Shown here: piece by piece, positions 18,339 through 27,747 of the stretch | Position numbering within the stretch: the first letter of the stretch is position 1 | Layout of the letters: the number at the start of each line of letters is the position of its first letter | DNA from: Gemmatimonadota bacterium | GTDB lineage: Bacteria; Gemmatimonadota; Gemmatimonadetes; Gemmatimonadales; GWC2-71-9 | Direction of reading: 5' to 3' | Length of the DNA stretch: 59,824 nucleotides | Assembly: GCA_046733215.1 (NCBI GenBank) | Contig: JBKPOS010000010.1 | Span: 1-59,824, forward strand | Translations under genes and position numbers: made by a program | Notes under the pieces: generated by a model | Seen by the model: only the letters and a program-made list of their open reading frames with translations | What the model was told of the DNA's origin: nothing | The model's database searches: none

Positions 18339-19251
18339 GCTCGGTGCGGTGGCAAGAGACGCTGTCCGGTGTCGCCTTTCCGGTGAGGCCGGCCGGCACC
18401 ATCACTCTAAGTCCGACGCGGGTGGGCGAGGTTCCCACCACTGCGCCGGCAACCAGTGTGACCGTGACGCTGTCCGGAGTGAGCTGGGCCAGTCGATACC
18501 GCGGGCCTCGAATTCGCACGGTCACCGTATCACGGTCCAGCTTGAGCGCCGACCCTGACGGCAGCTGCACCGGAACCGGCCAAAGGGTTTTCTCGGCGAT
18601 TGCCTGCACGTTGAGCGTGAGCGTCACCCGGTTGGGAAAGACTCTAACCGGGCCGAAGCCCGTCGTGTCCACCATCACGCGCTCCTCGGTCGGGCCGTCG
18701 GCGCTGGCGATTTCGAGCGGTACTGTCGTCACCGAGTCGATTGCTGCCACGCCGTCGCGAGGTCCGGCCAGCCGCACTTCGCCGGGCACCACCGCGATAC
18801 CGCCTACCAGTTCGAATCCCGAGTCCGATTGAATTCTCACTACTGGGCGCACCGGTACGCCTCGCTGGGCCACCGGATTCAGCTCGACAGTGACTTGACG
18901 TGGCTCGAGGTCCTGAATCCGCACGTTGGGGTTGCCTGGCAGGACGACGTCGGACGGGTCGATGTCGAGACGGACACTGTCCGCGGTAAGGGTGTCGGGA
19001 AGAATCCTGGTGAAGAACAGATTGTCGCGGGACAGCCGAAGCAGCTCCCGCCGGGACCCTACCGCAGTGGCGTGTAGCGGCTCGAGCGCCCGGACTACGG
19101 CTCTGCCCGGCGGCGGCTGAACCCGCAACTCAACCTGAAGCAGCCCGCTGGCGGGCTCTTCGCTCGAGGCAACGAGCCAAAGCAGAACCGACAGGGCCAC
19201 GGCGGTGAGCTTGAGAGGCCAGTCGGCGGTGAGCGCCGTGGGCAGCCTCAC
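18331..19251 (-). CDS. YbbR/CdaR-like domain protein
   Basis: N-terminal WPLKLTAVALSVLLW anchor; repeated P..V.L.GP beta domains. Confidence 0.75.
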   Translation of the reverse strand: MRLPTALTADWPLKLTAVALSVLLWLVASSEEPASGLLQVELRVQPPPGRAVVRALEPLHATAVGSRRELLRLSRDNLFFTRILPDTLTADSVRLDIDPSDVVLPGNPNVRIQDLEPRQVTVELNPVAQRGVPVRPVVRIQSDSGFELVGGIAVVPGEVRLAGPRDGVAAIDSVTTVPLEIASADGPTEERVMVDTTGFGPVRVFPNRVTLTLNVQAIAEKTLWPVPVQLPSGSALKLDRDTVTVRIRGPRYRLAQLTPDSVTVTLVAGAVVGTSPTRVGLRVMVPAGLTGKATPDSVSCHRTEHG

Positions 19252-19252
19252 C

Positions 19253-19798
19253 TCAGGACTCGGCTTTTCCTTCGTTCAGCAGTCGCTCGATGAGCGCCCG
19301 GTTGACGGGCGAGCTCCAGTCATGGGCGCCGATGACCCGCTTCACAATCGTGCCATTTCGATCCAGCAAGAAGCTCTCGGGCACACCGGTGGTTTGATAC
19401 GCCTGCTGAATGGCGGTGGAGCGATCCTGAAGAATGTCGAAAGTCAGATGGAGGGCTTGTCCAAAGTTCCGGACATCCGTCGGATCGCTTTCGTCAATGC
19501 TCACGGCGGCGATCTTGAAACCCCGGGATTCGAGGGAGTCGTAGAGGCGCTGCATCGAAGGCATTTCGACCTTGCACGGCTCGCACCAGGTCGCCCAGAT
19601 GTTCACCAGCGTCACCTTGCCCTTGTAATGCTTGCGCAGGGAGACCGTGTCGCCGGTGGCGAGATCGACGACTTTGAAATCGGGAGCCCGCGAGCCGACG
19701 GCAACCGGCTCGGACCCAGGGCCGTACTTGACCAGAGCGGTAGCGCCAAGCGCGAGCCCGACAAGAACGGCCAGCACAGCCAACCACTGTTTGGACAT
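19253..19798 (-). CDS. TlpA/ResA family thiol-disulfide oxidoreductase
   Basis: LVNIWATWCEPCKVEMP, GVPESF. Confidence 0.92.
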   Translation of the reverse strand: MSKQWLAVLAVLVGLALGATALVKYGPGSEPVAVGSRAPDFKVVDLATGDTVSLRKHYKGKVTLVNIWATWCEPCKVEMPSMQRLYDSLESRGFKIAAVSIDESDPTDVRNFGQALHLTFDILQDRSTAIQQAYQTTGVPESFLLDRNGTIVKRVIGAHDWSSPVNRALIERLLNEGKAES

Positions 19799-19804
19799 GG
19801 TCTC

Positions 19805-20470
19805 CTACACGCGAACGGCGCAGCACCGCCGAAGCGCGCGCGTTGCTTCGCCCGGGTCCGGGGTTCCGAAGACGGAAGTACCGGCGACGAATGCATCGGC
19901 GCCGGCCTCCCACGCGGTGCCGATCGTCTCGAGCGTAATTCCGCCATCCACCTCGAGGGTCGCCCGGCTCCCGCGCGCGTCGAGCAGGGCCCGACAGCGA
20001 CGGATCTTGTCGGTCGCTGCCGGAATATAGGCCTGGCCACCGTAACCCGGATTGACGCTCATGATGAGGACCAGGTCGACGTCGTCCACCACCTCCTCCA
20101 GCAGGGTCAGTGGAGTGCCCGGGTTCAAGGCCAGTCCGGCCAGCATGCCGTGCTCGCGCACCGCGGCGAGCTGCCGCTGCACGTGCACCGTTGCCTCAGG
20201 ATGGAACGTGAAGACGGCTGCCCCGGCTTGCGCGAAATCCTGGATGTATTTCTCGGGCTGCTCGACCATGAGATGAACGTCCAGTGGCAAATCGGTCAGT
20301 CGAGCCAGAGCGCTGATCATCGGCACCCCGAACGTAAGGTTGGGCACAAAATGCCCGTCCATCACGTCCACGTGAATCCAATCCGCGCCACCCTTCTCGA
20401 CGGCTCGAATCTCATCCGGAAGACGTTCAATGGCAGCGCTCAACACGCTGGGCGCAATGCGCACGCTCAT
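19805..20470 (-). CDS. rpe: Ribulose-phosphate 3-epimerase
   Basis: IAPSVLSA, HVDVMDGHFVPN, DVHLMV, MSVNPGYGGQ, EVDGGI. Confidence 0.97.
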   Translation of the reverse strand: MSVRIAPSVLSAAIERLPDEIRAVEKGGADWIHVDVMDGHFVPNLTFGVPMISALARLTDLPLDVHLMVEQPEKYIQDFAQAGAAVFTFHPEATVHVQRQLAAVREHGMLAGLALNPGTPLTLLEEVVDDVDLVLIMSVNPGYGGQAYIPAATDKIRRCRALLDARGSRATLEVDGGITLETIGTAWEAGADAFVAGTSVFGTPDPGEATRALRRCCAVRV

Positions 20471-21147
20471 CGGCGGGCCCCGGTGACCATGGGCTGAACG
20501 ATGCGGGCGGTCTGCGCTGTTCGGATCTTGGGTTGCCCACTCACGACAACGTCCACCGGTCCGCCGAGGTCGCGTCCGCCTCCGGCCGCCGGACGGGTGG
20601 CGACCACGATGTTGGGTTCCGGATCCGACGCCACGGTGTCCACCTTGCCGACCTTGAGTCCGGCAGCCGCAAGCACCTTCACTGCGTAGGGCAGGCCCAG
20701 TCCGACGACATCGGGAACGGGCACCTGTTGCGGTCCGGCACTGGTCACCAGCGTTACGATGCTGTTCTGAGGCAGAATCATGCCCGGCGGCGGGTCCTGC
20801 CAGACCACTGCGCCGCGCGGAATCGTCGCATGCGGTCTCTCGTCATCGCACTTGGTCCGAAAGTCGAGGTCCTTGAGCTTGCTATGCGCCTCGCCGGCCG
20901 GCAGCTCGAGGACTCGCGGCACGGCGTGGTCCTTGGTGAACAACGGAACCGGCGAGAGCCACGCCGATGCAATCAGATACCCAACCCCAAACGTCGTGCC
21001 GACGATGAGAAAGTCACGGAGCAGTCGGCGCCCGGAGATCGTGCCGCCGCCTGACTGAGCTGGTTGCGCAGCCTCGGGCTGTGCTCGTTCAACTCGAGGT
21101 TTGGGCTGCCGGTTTCGAGCCCAGGGCACCTGCCGACGGAATCTCAT
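20467..21147 (-). CDS. PASTA domain-containing membrane protein
   Basis: TM helix followed by two PASTA-like repeats (VPRV...QDPPPG; VPDVVG); ATG 21147 overlaps the rsmB stop. Confidence 0.8.
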   Translation of the reverse strand: MRFRRQVPWARNRQPKPRVERAQPEAAQPAQSGGGTISGRRLLRDFLIVGTTFGVGYLIASAWLSPVPLFTKDHAVPRVLELPAGEAHSKLKDLDFRTKCDDERPHATIPRGAVVWQDPPPGMILPQNSIVTLVTSAGPQQVPVPDVVGLGLPYAVKVLAAAGLKVGKVDTVASDPEPNIVVATRPAAGGGRDLGGPVDVVVSGQPKIRTAQTARIVQPMVTGARR

Positions 21148-22442
21148 GCGAGCCGTCTCAATCGGGCTGCGTAGGCGCCGTCCATCCGATCCCGCTGGGG
21201 CAGGGTCATGAGATCTCCGTTCGACGTGAGCAATGCCGGCAATGCATCGTCGGGTGTTTCCCGCTCGAACTCCGAATGCTCCCTGAGAAAGGCCTCGATC
21301 TGACCTTCGTTCTCTTCCGGCTCCAGGGAGCAGGTCGCATAGACCAGCAGACCTCCGGCCTTGACAATCGAGGCGCCGGCGGCGAGCAGCTCCGCCTGAC
21401 GTTGGGTCAGCGCCCCCAATGCGTCGGGAGTGACGCGCCACCGGGCATCTGGATGCCGCGCGAACGTGCCGGTTCCGAGGCAGGGCGCATCGAGCAAGAC
21501 CGCATCCGCTTCTAGCACCGGGGGGTGGCGAGCATCGGCCAGCACGATGCGCTCGCGTCCGCCGACTCTCCGAAGATTTTGGCGCAACCGCGCCACGCGG
21601 GCTCGGCTCAAGTCCGCCGCTACCACGCGAACCCCCAATCGGGCCAGTCCTATGGCCTTTCCCCCCGGGGATGCGCAGGCGTCGTAGGCGAAACAACCGG
21701 CCGGCAAGGCTGCATACCAGGTGACCAATGCTTGCGCCGGATCCTGGACCAGAAAATCACCTTCCGCGAACCCGGGCAGCTGCTCGGGACGCGAGCCCGA
21801 CACCGCGATACCAGCGCCCCAGGGAGCCGGCGTGGCCCGGATCCCCGCCGCAGCAAAGCGCCGCAGGATCGCGTCTCCCGATTCCCGTGCCGGCTGGATG
21901 ACCAGCCCAGGCCGCGAGTTGTTCCATCGGAGCAGGCGATCGGTATCTTCCGCACCAAATCGCTCGAGCCATCGCCGCACAAGCCATTCAGGATGTGAAT
22001 GGCGGGCCGCGAGATCGAGCGGCCCCACACCGCGCGACCGAGTGCGCGGGGCCTCCCGTGTCATCCGCCGAAGGAGTGCGTTCACGAACCCTCCGGCACG
22101 CGCCCCGCCGGCCTCTCGCGCGAGGGCCACGCTGGTACTGACGGCCGCGTGCGGCGGAACCCGATCCAACGCGGTGAGTTGGTAGGCGCCCAGGCGCAGA
22201 ATGTTCTGCAGCGTGGGCGGCACACTGGCCCAGCCCTTCACCGCGAGTGGCTCGAGCCGCTCGTCGAGTCCGGTCCGGCGGCGCAGCACGCCGGCCGCTA
22301 GCTCGTGTGCCAATCTGCGGTCGGCCTCGGGAAGCGGCCGCAAGGATTGATCCAGAGCTGCATCGAGTGGGCGGCCCGCGCGTACCTGTTCAAGAATGGC
22401 CAGCGCCGCTCGGCGCGGAGCAAGACCATCGTCAGCCGGCAT
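21144..22442 (-). CDS. rsmB: 16S rRNA m5C967 methyltransferase RsmB (NusB-like N-terminus)
   Basis: LRLGAYQL, FVNALLR, VQDPA, DACASPGGK, DAPCLGTG, YATCSLEPEEN. Confidence 0.92.
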   Translation of the reverse strand: MPADDGLAPRRAALAILEQVRAGRPLDAALDQSLRPLPEADRRLAHELAAGVLRRRTGLDERLEPLAVKGWASVPPTLQNILRLGAYQLTALDRVPPHAAVSTSVALAREAGGARAGGFVNALLRRMTREAPRTRSRGVGPLDLAARHSHPEWLVRRWLERFGAEDTDRLLRWNNSRPGLVIQPARESGDAILRRFAAAGIRATPAPWGAGIAVSGSRPEQLPGFAEGDFLVQDPAQALVTWYAALPAGCFAYDACASPGGKAIGLARLGVRVVAADLSRARVARLRQNLRRVGGRERIVLADARHPPVLEADAVLLDAPCLGTGTFARHPDARWRVTPDALGALTQRQAELLAAGASIVKAGGLLVYATCSLEPEENEGQIEAFLREHSEFERETPDDALPALLTSNGDLMTLPQRDRMDGAYAARLRRLA

Positions 22443-22480
22443 TGCGACACGAAATTTTCACCGCGGAATCGCGGTAAGGA

Positions 22481-23290
22481 TCATTGCTGCAGCATTCCCT
22501 GCGTCGGGCTCGAGGGTATCGCCACCTCGCGGCGGGGCATGCGCCCTGCCAGGAAGGCGGCCCTCCCCGCGTCGACCGCCCACCGCATGGCCCAGGCCAT
22601 CCCGGCCGGATCTTTCGCCTCGGCCAGCGCGGTGTTCATGAGGATGCCGTCCACGCCCTGTTCCATTGTCAGGCAGGCATCGGACGCGGTGCCCACGCCG
22701 GCATCCACGATGACTGGCACGGATAGCCGCTTCTTGATGGATCGAATGGAGTAGGGATTGAGCAGGCCCAGGCCGCTTCCAATGGGAGATGCGAGCGGCA
22801 TCACGGCGGCGCAGCCGACATCTTCCAGCCGCAGCGCCGTGACCACGTCGTCGTTGGTGTAGGCGAGTACCTTGAAGTCGTCGCGCACCAGCTCGCGAGC
22901 TGCGGCGAGCAGCCCCTCCGTGTCCGGCAACAAGCTCTCCCGGTCACCGATGACCTCGAGCTTGACGAAATCGTTGAAGCCTGCCTCTCTGGCCAGGCGG
23001 GCGTAGCGAATCGCCTCGTCTGCGCTGTAGCAACCCGCCGTATTTGCCAGCAGGAAGAACTGATCGGGATTGAGATGGTAGAGAATGCCTTCGTCCTTGG
23101 TCCGATCGAGATCGACCCGGCGCACGGCCACGGTGACAATCTCTGCGCCTGACGCCTCGATGGCGCGCACCATCTCCGCGTTCGACCGGTACTTGCCCGT
23201 GCCCACCATGAGGCGCGATCGAAAGCTTCGACCACCAATCGTGAGTGGGGAGTCGAGCACGGTTTCGACGGCAGAAAGCATTCCGGTCAT
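22481..23290 (-). CDS. thiG: Thiazole synthase
   Basis: SRLMVGTGKY, NTAGC, VKLEVIGD, MPLASPIGSGLG, DAGVG. Confidence 0.97.
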   Translation of the reverse strand: MTGMLSAVETVLDSPLTIGGRSFRSRLMVGTGKYRSNAEMVRAIEASGAEIVTVAVRRVDLDRTKDEGILYHLNPDQFFLLANTAGCYSADEAIRYARLAREAGFNDFVKLEVIGDRESLLPDTEGLLAAARELVRDDFKVLAYTNDDVVTALRLEDVGCAAVMPLASPIGSGLGLLNPYSIRSIKKRLSVPVIVDAGVGTASDACLTMEQGVDGILMNTALAEAKDPAGMAWAMRWAVDAGRAAFLAGRMPRREVAIPSSPTQGMLQQ

Positions 23291-23293
23291 CGG

Positions 23294-23500
23294 TCAGCCT
23301 CCACCGACGAAGTGCACGAGCTCGACAGAGTCGCCCGCGGCCAGTGCGACCTCGCCCAACCGGGGTCGGCGCACGATGCTCCGATTGTGCTCCACGACGA
23401 CCGTTCGGGAGTCGAGCCCGAGGTGCTGGAGCAGGTCGTCGAGCGTGGCAGGGGCCGGAATATTTCGGGGTTCACCATTGACCAGCAGATTGATTTCCAT
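23294..23500 (-). CDS. thiS: Sulfur carrier protein ThiS
   Basis: VNGE...VEHN...ELVHFVGGG C-terminus. Confidence 0.95.
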   Translation of the reverse strand: MEINLLVNGEPRNIPAPATLDDLLQHLGLDSRTVVVEHNRSIVRRPRLGEVALAAGDSVELVHFVGGG

Positions 23501-23528
23501 GAACGAAAGATAACCGCGCCGCCCTCGC

Positions 23529-24149
23529 TCAGGACCAATGATCGAGGAACGCGATGATGGCTTTGGCTGGGTCGGCGGCAAGCCATAGCGCCCGAACCGC
23601 GGCTACACCGTAGGCACCTGCCGAAAGCAACTCCGGCACGCATGCAGCGGTCACGCCCCCGATAGCGATAACCGGGAGGCCCAGTGAGGCGCACGCCTCC
23701 ACCAGCGGAACGCCGGCAGCTCGCTCGTGGTGACTGGGCGTCGGGTAAATCGTGCCGACCATCAGATAGTCAGCACCCTCGGCTCGAGCGGCCATCGCCT
23801 CTTCGACCGAATGGACCGAGCGACCGATCCAGCCGTGGGTGAAGACCTGACGGGCGTCTGCGGGTGCCAGATCGGTCCTGCCCAGCTGAATCCCGTGAGC
23901 GTGAACGGCAGCAGCGATGTCAGGGCGCCCATTCACGAATACCGATGCTTCGGGCGGCCGGGACAGTGCGATGAAACGCTCGGCGGCGCGCGTCAGCATT
24001 CTGGTGGGGGCGGTTCGATCGCGGGCATGGAGCGCGACAGCGGAGCCGCCGGATGCCAGAGCAGCGGCTCGCACCCCCAGATCGTCGAGCGCCAGCACGC
24101 CAGCGTCGCTGATCGCGTGAACCCGGGGCAGGGGTCGCGACAGGTTCAC
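23529..24149 (-). CDS. thiE: Thiamine-phosphate synthase / TenI family
   Basis: VNGRPDIA, GRSVHS, GADYL, YPTPSH, AIGGV; adjacent to thiS/thiG. Confidence 0.8.
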   Translation of the reverse strand: MNLSRPLPRVHAISDAGVLALDDLGVRAAALASGGSAVALHARDRTAPTRMLTRAAERFIALSRPPEASVFVNGRPDIAAAVHAHGIQLGRTDLAPADARQVFTHGWIGRSVHSVEEAMAARAEGADYLMVGTIYPTPSHHERAAGVPLVEACASLGLPVIAIGGVTAACVPELLSAGAYGVAAVRALWLAADPAKAIIAFLDHWS

Positions 24150-25075
24150 GCGAGCTGGTCGCCGACGGCGATGCCTCGCCCGCGCACCCAGGCGTCCACG
24201 GTAATCCTCGTCTTTCCAGCGGGCTGAACTTCCACCACCTCGATGGCATCGTCGCGGCAGGCGATGACGAGCCCGCGCCGGCCGGCAGCGAGAACCTCAC
24301 CCGGTGGTCCGCTGCCGCTCACTACACGAGCGCCGAAGAGCTTCACCGGTGCCTCCCGGTGCATGCTCCAGGCGCCCGGAATCGGATCGAATGCGCGGAC
24401 TTTGCGTGCTGTGCCGACGGCCGGCGCGGAGAACGAAAGGCGAGTCGCCTCCCGATCGATTTTAGGAGCGTAGGTCGCTGCTGTGTGATCCTGCGGCTCG
24501 CCTGGCAGGTCAGACTTGGCGAGCCGCGCCATGACCTCGAGCAGGGTCTTTGCCCCGAGGTCTGCCAGTCGATCGCTCAGGCTGCCGCCGGTTTCGTTGG
24601 GAGCAATGGAGCAAGTGGCGCGCTGCAGTACGGGTCCACTGTCGAGGCCGGCCTCCATCCGCATGATGGAGACGCCGGTGATCTCTTCACCGTTCAGGAT
24701 CGCCCACGGAATCGGTGCGGCTCCCCGGTAACGAGGCAGCAGCGACGCATGAACGTTGATCATCCCGAGCGGCGGGACAGCGAGTATCTCGGGCCGCAGG
24801 ATGTGGCCGTACGCGACCACGACGCCGAGATCCGGCTTGAGGTGCCGTAACGATGCGGCGAAGAGGTCTCCGACGGGGCGCTCCGGCTGCAGGATCGGAA
24901 GCCCGGCGTCAATGGCGGCCCGCTTGATGGGAGGTGGAATGAGGAGGGTTCGCGAGCGTCCCTGAGCCCGGTCAGGCTGAGTGACAACGCCGACGATCTC
25001 GCTCCGATGATCCAGCAGTGCTCGAAGAGACGGCACCGCAAACTCCGGGGTGCCGAAGAAGGCGACGCGCATCAC
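24146..25075 (-). CDS. fmt: Methionyl-tRNA formyltransferase
   Basis: FFGTPEFAV, TQPDR, NVHASLLPRYRGAAPI. Confidence 0.97.
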   Translation of the reverse strand: MMRVAFFGTPEFAVPSLRALLDHRSEIVGVVTQPDRAQGRSRTLLIPPPIKRAAIDAGLPILQPERPVGDLFAASLRHLKPDLGVVVAYGHILRPEILAVPPLGMINVHASLLPRYRGAAPIPWAILNGEEITGVSIMRMEAGLDSGPVLQRATCSIAPNETGGSLSDRLADLGAKTLLEVMARLAKSDLPGEPQDHTAATYAPKIDREATRLSFSAPAVGTARKVRAFDPIPGAWSMHREAPVKLFGARVVSGSGPPGEVLAAGRRGLVIACRDDAIEVVEVQPAGKTRITVDAWVRGRGIAVGDQLA

Positions 25076-25608
25076 TCCGGTCGGGCGGCCGCCGGCTGCA
25101 CCTCTTTGATGTAGCTCGTATCATCCCGGTGCTCCCGCTTCCAACGCGCGAGCAGAACCCGCCGCTTCATCAGACCCAGGTGATCGAGGAAGAGGATGCC
25201 GTCGAGGTGGTCGATCTCGTGCTGGATGGCGCGAGCGGCGAGTCCGCCGGCCTCCAGCCGGAACGGCTTGCCCTCGCGGTCGAGTGCTTCGAGCACCACC
25301 CGTTCGGCCCGGGTCACATCGCCATAGATGTCCGGGATCGAGAGACATCCTTCTTCCGCGGTGGCCCGGCCTTCGGCTTCGACGATGACGGGGTTTACCA
25401 TGGCGAACCGCTGCCCCTCGGCGTCGATCACCGCGACTCGGCGTGCAAGTCCAACCTGGTTCGCGGCCAGCCCAACCCCTCGGGAGGCGTCCATCGTCTC
25501 GAACATCTGGTCGATAACACTTCGAAGGTCATCGTCTACTTCGGCCACCTCGGCGCTTCGCTGCCGTAAGACTGGTGACCCGAGCAGGTGCAAAGGGAGT
25601 GGGGTCAT
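25072..25608 (-). CDS. def: Peptide deformylase
   Basis: GVGLAANQVG, EGCLS, QHEIDHLDG. Confidence 0.97.
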   Translation of the reverse strand: MTPLPLHLLGSPVLRQRSAEVAEVDDDLRSVIDQMFETMDASRGVGLAANQVGLARRVAVIDAEGQRFAMVNPVIVEAEGRATAEEGCLSIPDIYGDVTRAERVVLEALDREGKPFRLEAGGLAARAIQHEIDHLDGILFLDHLGLMKRRVLLARWKREHRDDTSYIKEVQPAAARPE

Positions 25609-25934
25609 CCAGTCTGTGTGGGCGCGTTGGTTTGACCGACCCGGACGATACGGGCACGCTCCACCACCACTGTGGCGGACCCGCTTTCGACCGTGACGCG
25701 GTCGTCCTTGATGTCCTTCACTTTGCCGATCAATCCGCCGCTGGTGGTGATCTCGTCTCCCTTCTTGAGTCCGGCCAGGAGCGCCTCGTGCTTCTTCCTG
25801 GCCTGACCTTGAGGTCGGATAATGAGGAAGTAGAAGACCAGGCCGATGGCGACGACCTGCATGATGAGGATACTGAAACCGCCACTCCCGGAGCCCGGGG
25901 CGGGCGCCATCGCGAATAGCACGGCAGGGGTCAC
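25605..25934 (-). CDS. yajC: Preprotein translocase subunit YajC
   Basis: FYFLIIRPQ, LKKGDEITTSGGLIG; GTG 25934 overlaps the tgt stop. Confidence 0.93.
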   Translation of the reverse strand: MTPAVLFAMAPAPGSGSGGFSILIMQVVAIGLVFYFLIIRPQGQARKKHEALLAGLKKGDEITTSGGLIGKVKDIKDDRVTVESGSATVVVERARIVRVGQTNAPTQTG

Positions 25935-27058
25935 GAGTGTCCTCGGTGGTAGCGGTCGAGCCAGGCTCGGTGCCAGTGGTCGAAAGTGCCGTCGCAGATT
26001 CGCTCGCGCGCCTGCTGGGCCAGCCGGATCAGGAAGCGAATGTTGTGAATCGAGACCAGCCGCAACGCAAGCATGTCCTCGACCATGAAGAGATGGCGCA
26101 GGTAGCCGCGCGGAAACGTGGTGCAGGTCTCGCAATCACACTCGCTATCCAGCGCCGCCCGCGAGCCCTTGAACGACGCGCCTTTCACGTTGACTCGACC
26201 GGTTGGAAGCCAGGCCGTTCCGTGACGTCCGTTGCGCGTTGCTGCGACGCAGTCGAATAGATCCACGCCGCGAGCGATACCCTCGAGCAGGTCGGGCGGA
26301 AAACCGACGCCCATAAGATAACGGGGGATCGTCGGCGGCATGGTCGCGTCCAGACCCTCGAGCACCCGGTGCATCACTTCCTTGGATTCTCCCACCGAGA
26401 GCCCTCCGATGGCGATGCCGCTCCAGGGCCCCTGCTCCAGGATTCCTTTGATCGAGCGGGCGCGAAGGTCGTCGTAGCTCCCCCCCTGAATGATGGGCCA
26501 GAGAGTCTGAGCCTCCTCTCCATTCTGTAGCCGCTCGTGTTCCGCCCTACATCTCGCCAGCCACCGGAGGGTTCGTTCCATTCCCTCACACGCGAGTTGA
26601 TAGGGAGCTTGGCCGGGGACCACGTGGTCGAACGCCATCGCGACGTCGGCGCCGAGCATCCACTGAATTTGGGTGGCGCGCTCGGGCGTGAGGGTTCGCA
26701 GGGAGCCGTCGACGTGACTGGTAAATGCAACACCGTCTTCACCGATGGTGCGGAGACCTTCCAGAGAAAAAACCTGAAAGCCGCCGGAGTCGGTCAGCAT
26801 GGGCCCGTTCCAGCCGGTAAACTCGTGGAGGCCGCCCATCGCCGCGATCACATCTTCGCCCGGGCGCAGGTGAAGGTGGTAGGTGTTGGCGAGAACGATC
26901 TGCGCTCCGGTTCGGCGTACGTCGGCCGGATGGAGTCCGCGGACGACTCCGTGAGTGCCCACCGGCATGAAGGCGGGGGTTTGGATTTCGCCGTGCGGCA
27001 GGCTGAGGCTGCCGGCCCGTGCGGAGCGGGAGGTGGCGTGGACGCGAAAATGGAACAT
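25931..27058 (-). CDS. tgt: tRNA-guanine transglycosylase
   Basis: TPAFMPVGT, NTYHL, TDSGGFQVFSL, YLMGVG, CDCETC zinc site. Confidence 0.97.
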   Translation of the reverse strand: MFHFRVHATSRSARAGSLSLPHGEIQTPAFMPVGTHGVVRGLHPADVRRTGAQIVLANTYHLHLRPGEDVIAAMGGLHEFTGWNGPMLTDSGGFQVFSLEGLRTIGEDGVAFTSHVDGSLRTLTPERATQIQWMLGADVAMAFDHVVPGQAPYQLACEGMERTLRWLARCRAEHERLQNGEEAQTLWPIIQGGSYDDLRARSIKGILEQGPWSGIAIGGLSVGESKEVMHRVLEGLDATMPPTIPRYLMGVGFPPDLLEGIARGVDLFDCVAATRNGRHGTAWLPTGRVNVKGASFKGSRAALDSECDCETCTTFPRGYLRHLFMVEDMLALRLVSIHNIRFLIRLAQQARERICDGTFDHWHRAWLDRYHRGHS

Positions 27059-27071
27059 GGGGTGGGGAAGA

Positions 27072-27169
27072 AGCTATCAGCTATCAGCTATCAGAGGCGC
27101 CCAGCCATGGCGAGCCGAGCGGCTCCCTGTTGGACTGATAGCTGATAGCTGATCGCTGATTGCTGGTAA
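27072..27169. repeat. Inverted heptamer arrays (AGCTATC)x3 ... (CTGATAG)-like x4-5
   Basis: 27072-27094 and 27135-27169 are mutually complementary 7-nt tandem repeats between dinB and tgt. Confidence 0.85.
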
Positions 27170-27170
27170 C

Positions 27171-27701
27171 TCACCCCAGTATCCGATCAAGCTGCCTCCG
27201 ATGCACCAAATCATGCCCCCCGATCATGCGCACGATGTGCTCCACGCTCTCGAGGCCACGCTCGCTGTGCAGCCCCGCACGCTTCCACTGCGCCGGCTCC
27301 AGCCCGCGCAGCAGGCGAAGATTGGCGCCGCGGAGTACGGCGAGCTGCGCCAGGATGTCCGGCAACGGCATCTCCCGATACCGGAATGTCCGGGCCCACG
27401 CGTCCTGATCGTATCCCTGGAGCGCGGGGGTATCCTGGGTGAGGATCATGCGCACCCGAAAGCCGTACACCAGTTCTGTGTCGGCCAGATGATGGACGAC
27501 TTCCATGGCGGACCACTTCCCGGGAGCCTCCGGTTTCCGGAGGACAGCGGGGTCGAGGCCGCGGACGCGTTGCTCGATCCACGGAACCAGCTCGGTCATG
27601 ACGACAAGTGGGTCGCGGTCGCCAAGCACTTCCAGTATCGCGCGAGTGTACCCGGCGGCTGCAGCCGGCGCCGTGCCGGCGGGATTGGAGAATGTGGTCA
27701 T
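27171..27701 (-). CDS. DinB family protein
   Basis: PGKWSAMEVVHHLAD, YDQDAW, GHDLVHRRQ; GGAG RBS before ATG 27701. Confidence 0.88.
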   Translation of the reverse strand: MTTFSNPAGTAPAAAAGYTRAILEVLGDRDPLVVMTELVPWIEQRVRGLDPAVLRKPEAPGKWSAMEVVHHLADTELVYGFRVRMILTQDTPALQGYDQDAWARTFRYREMPLPDILAQLAVLRGANLRLLRGLEPAQWKRAGLHSERGLESVEHIVRMIGGHDLVHRRQLDRILG

Positions 27702-27712
27702 ACGCAACTCCA

Positions 27713-27742
27713 CTGATGGCTGATAGCTGATAGCCGATAGCT
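27713..27742. repeat. Heptamer array (CTGATAG)-like x4
   Basis: CTGATGG CTGATAG CTGATAG CCGATAG between the queA stop and the dinB RBS. Confidence 0.85.
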
Positions 27743-27747
27743 CGTGC

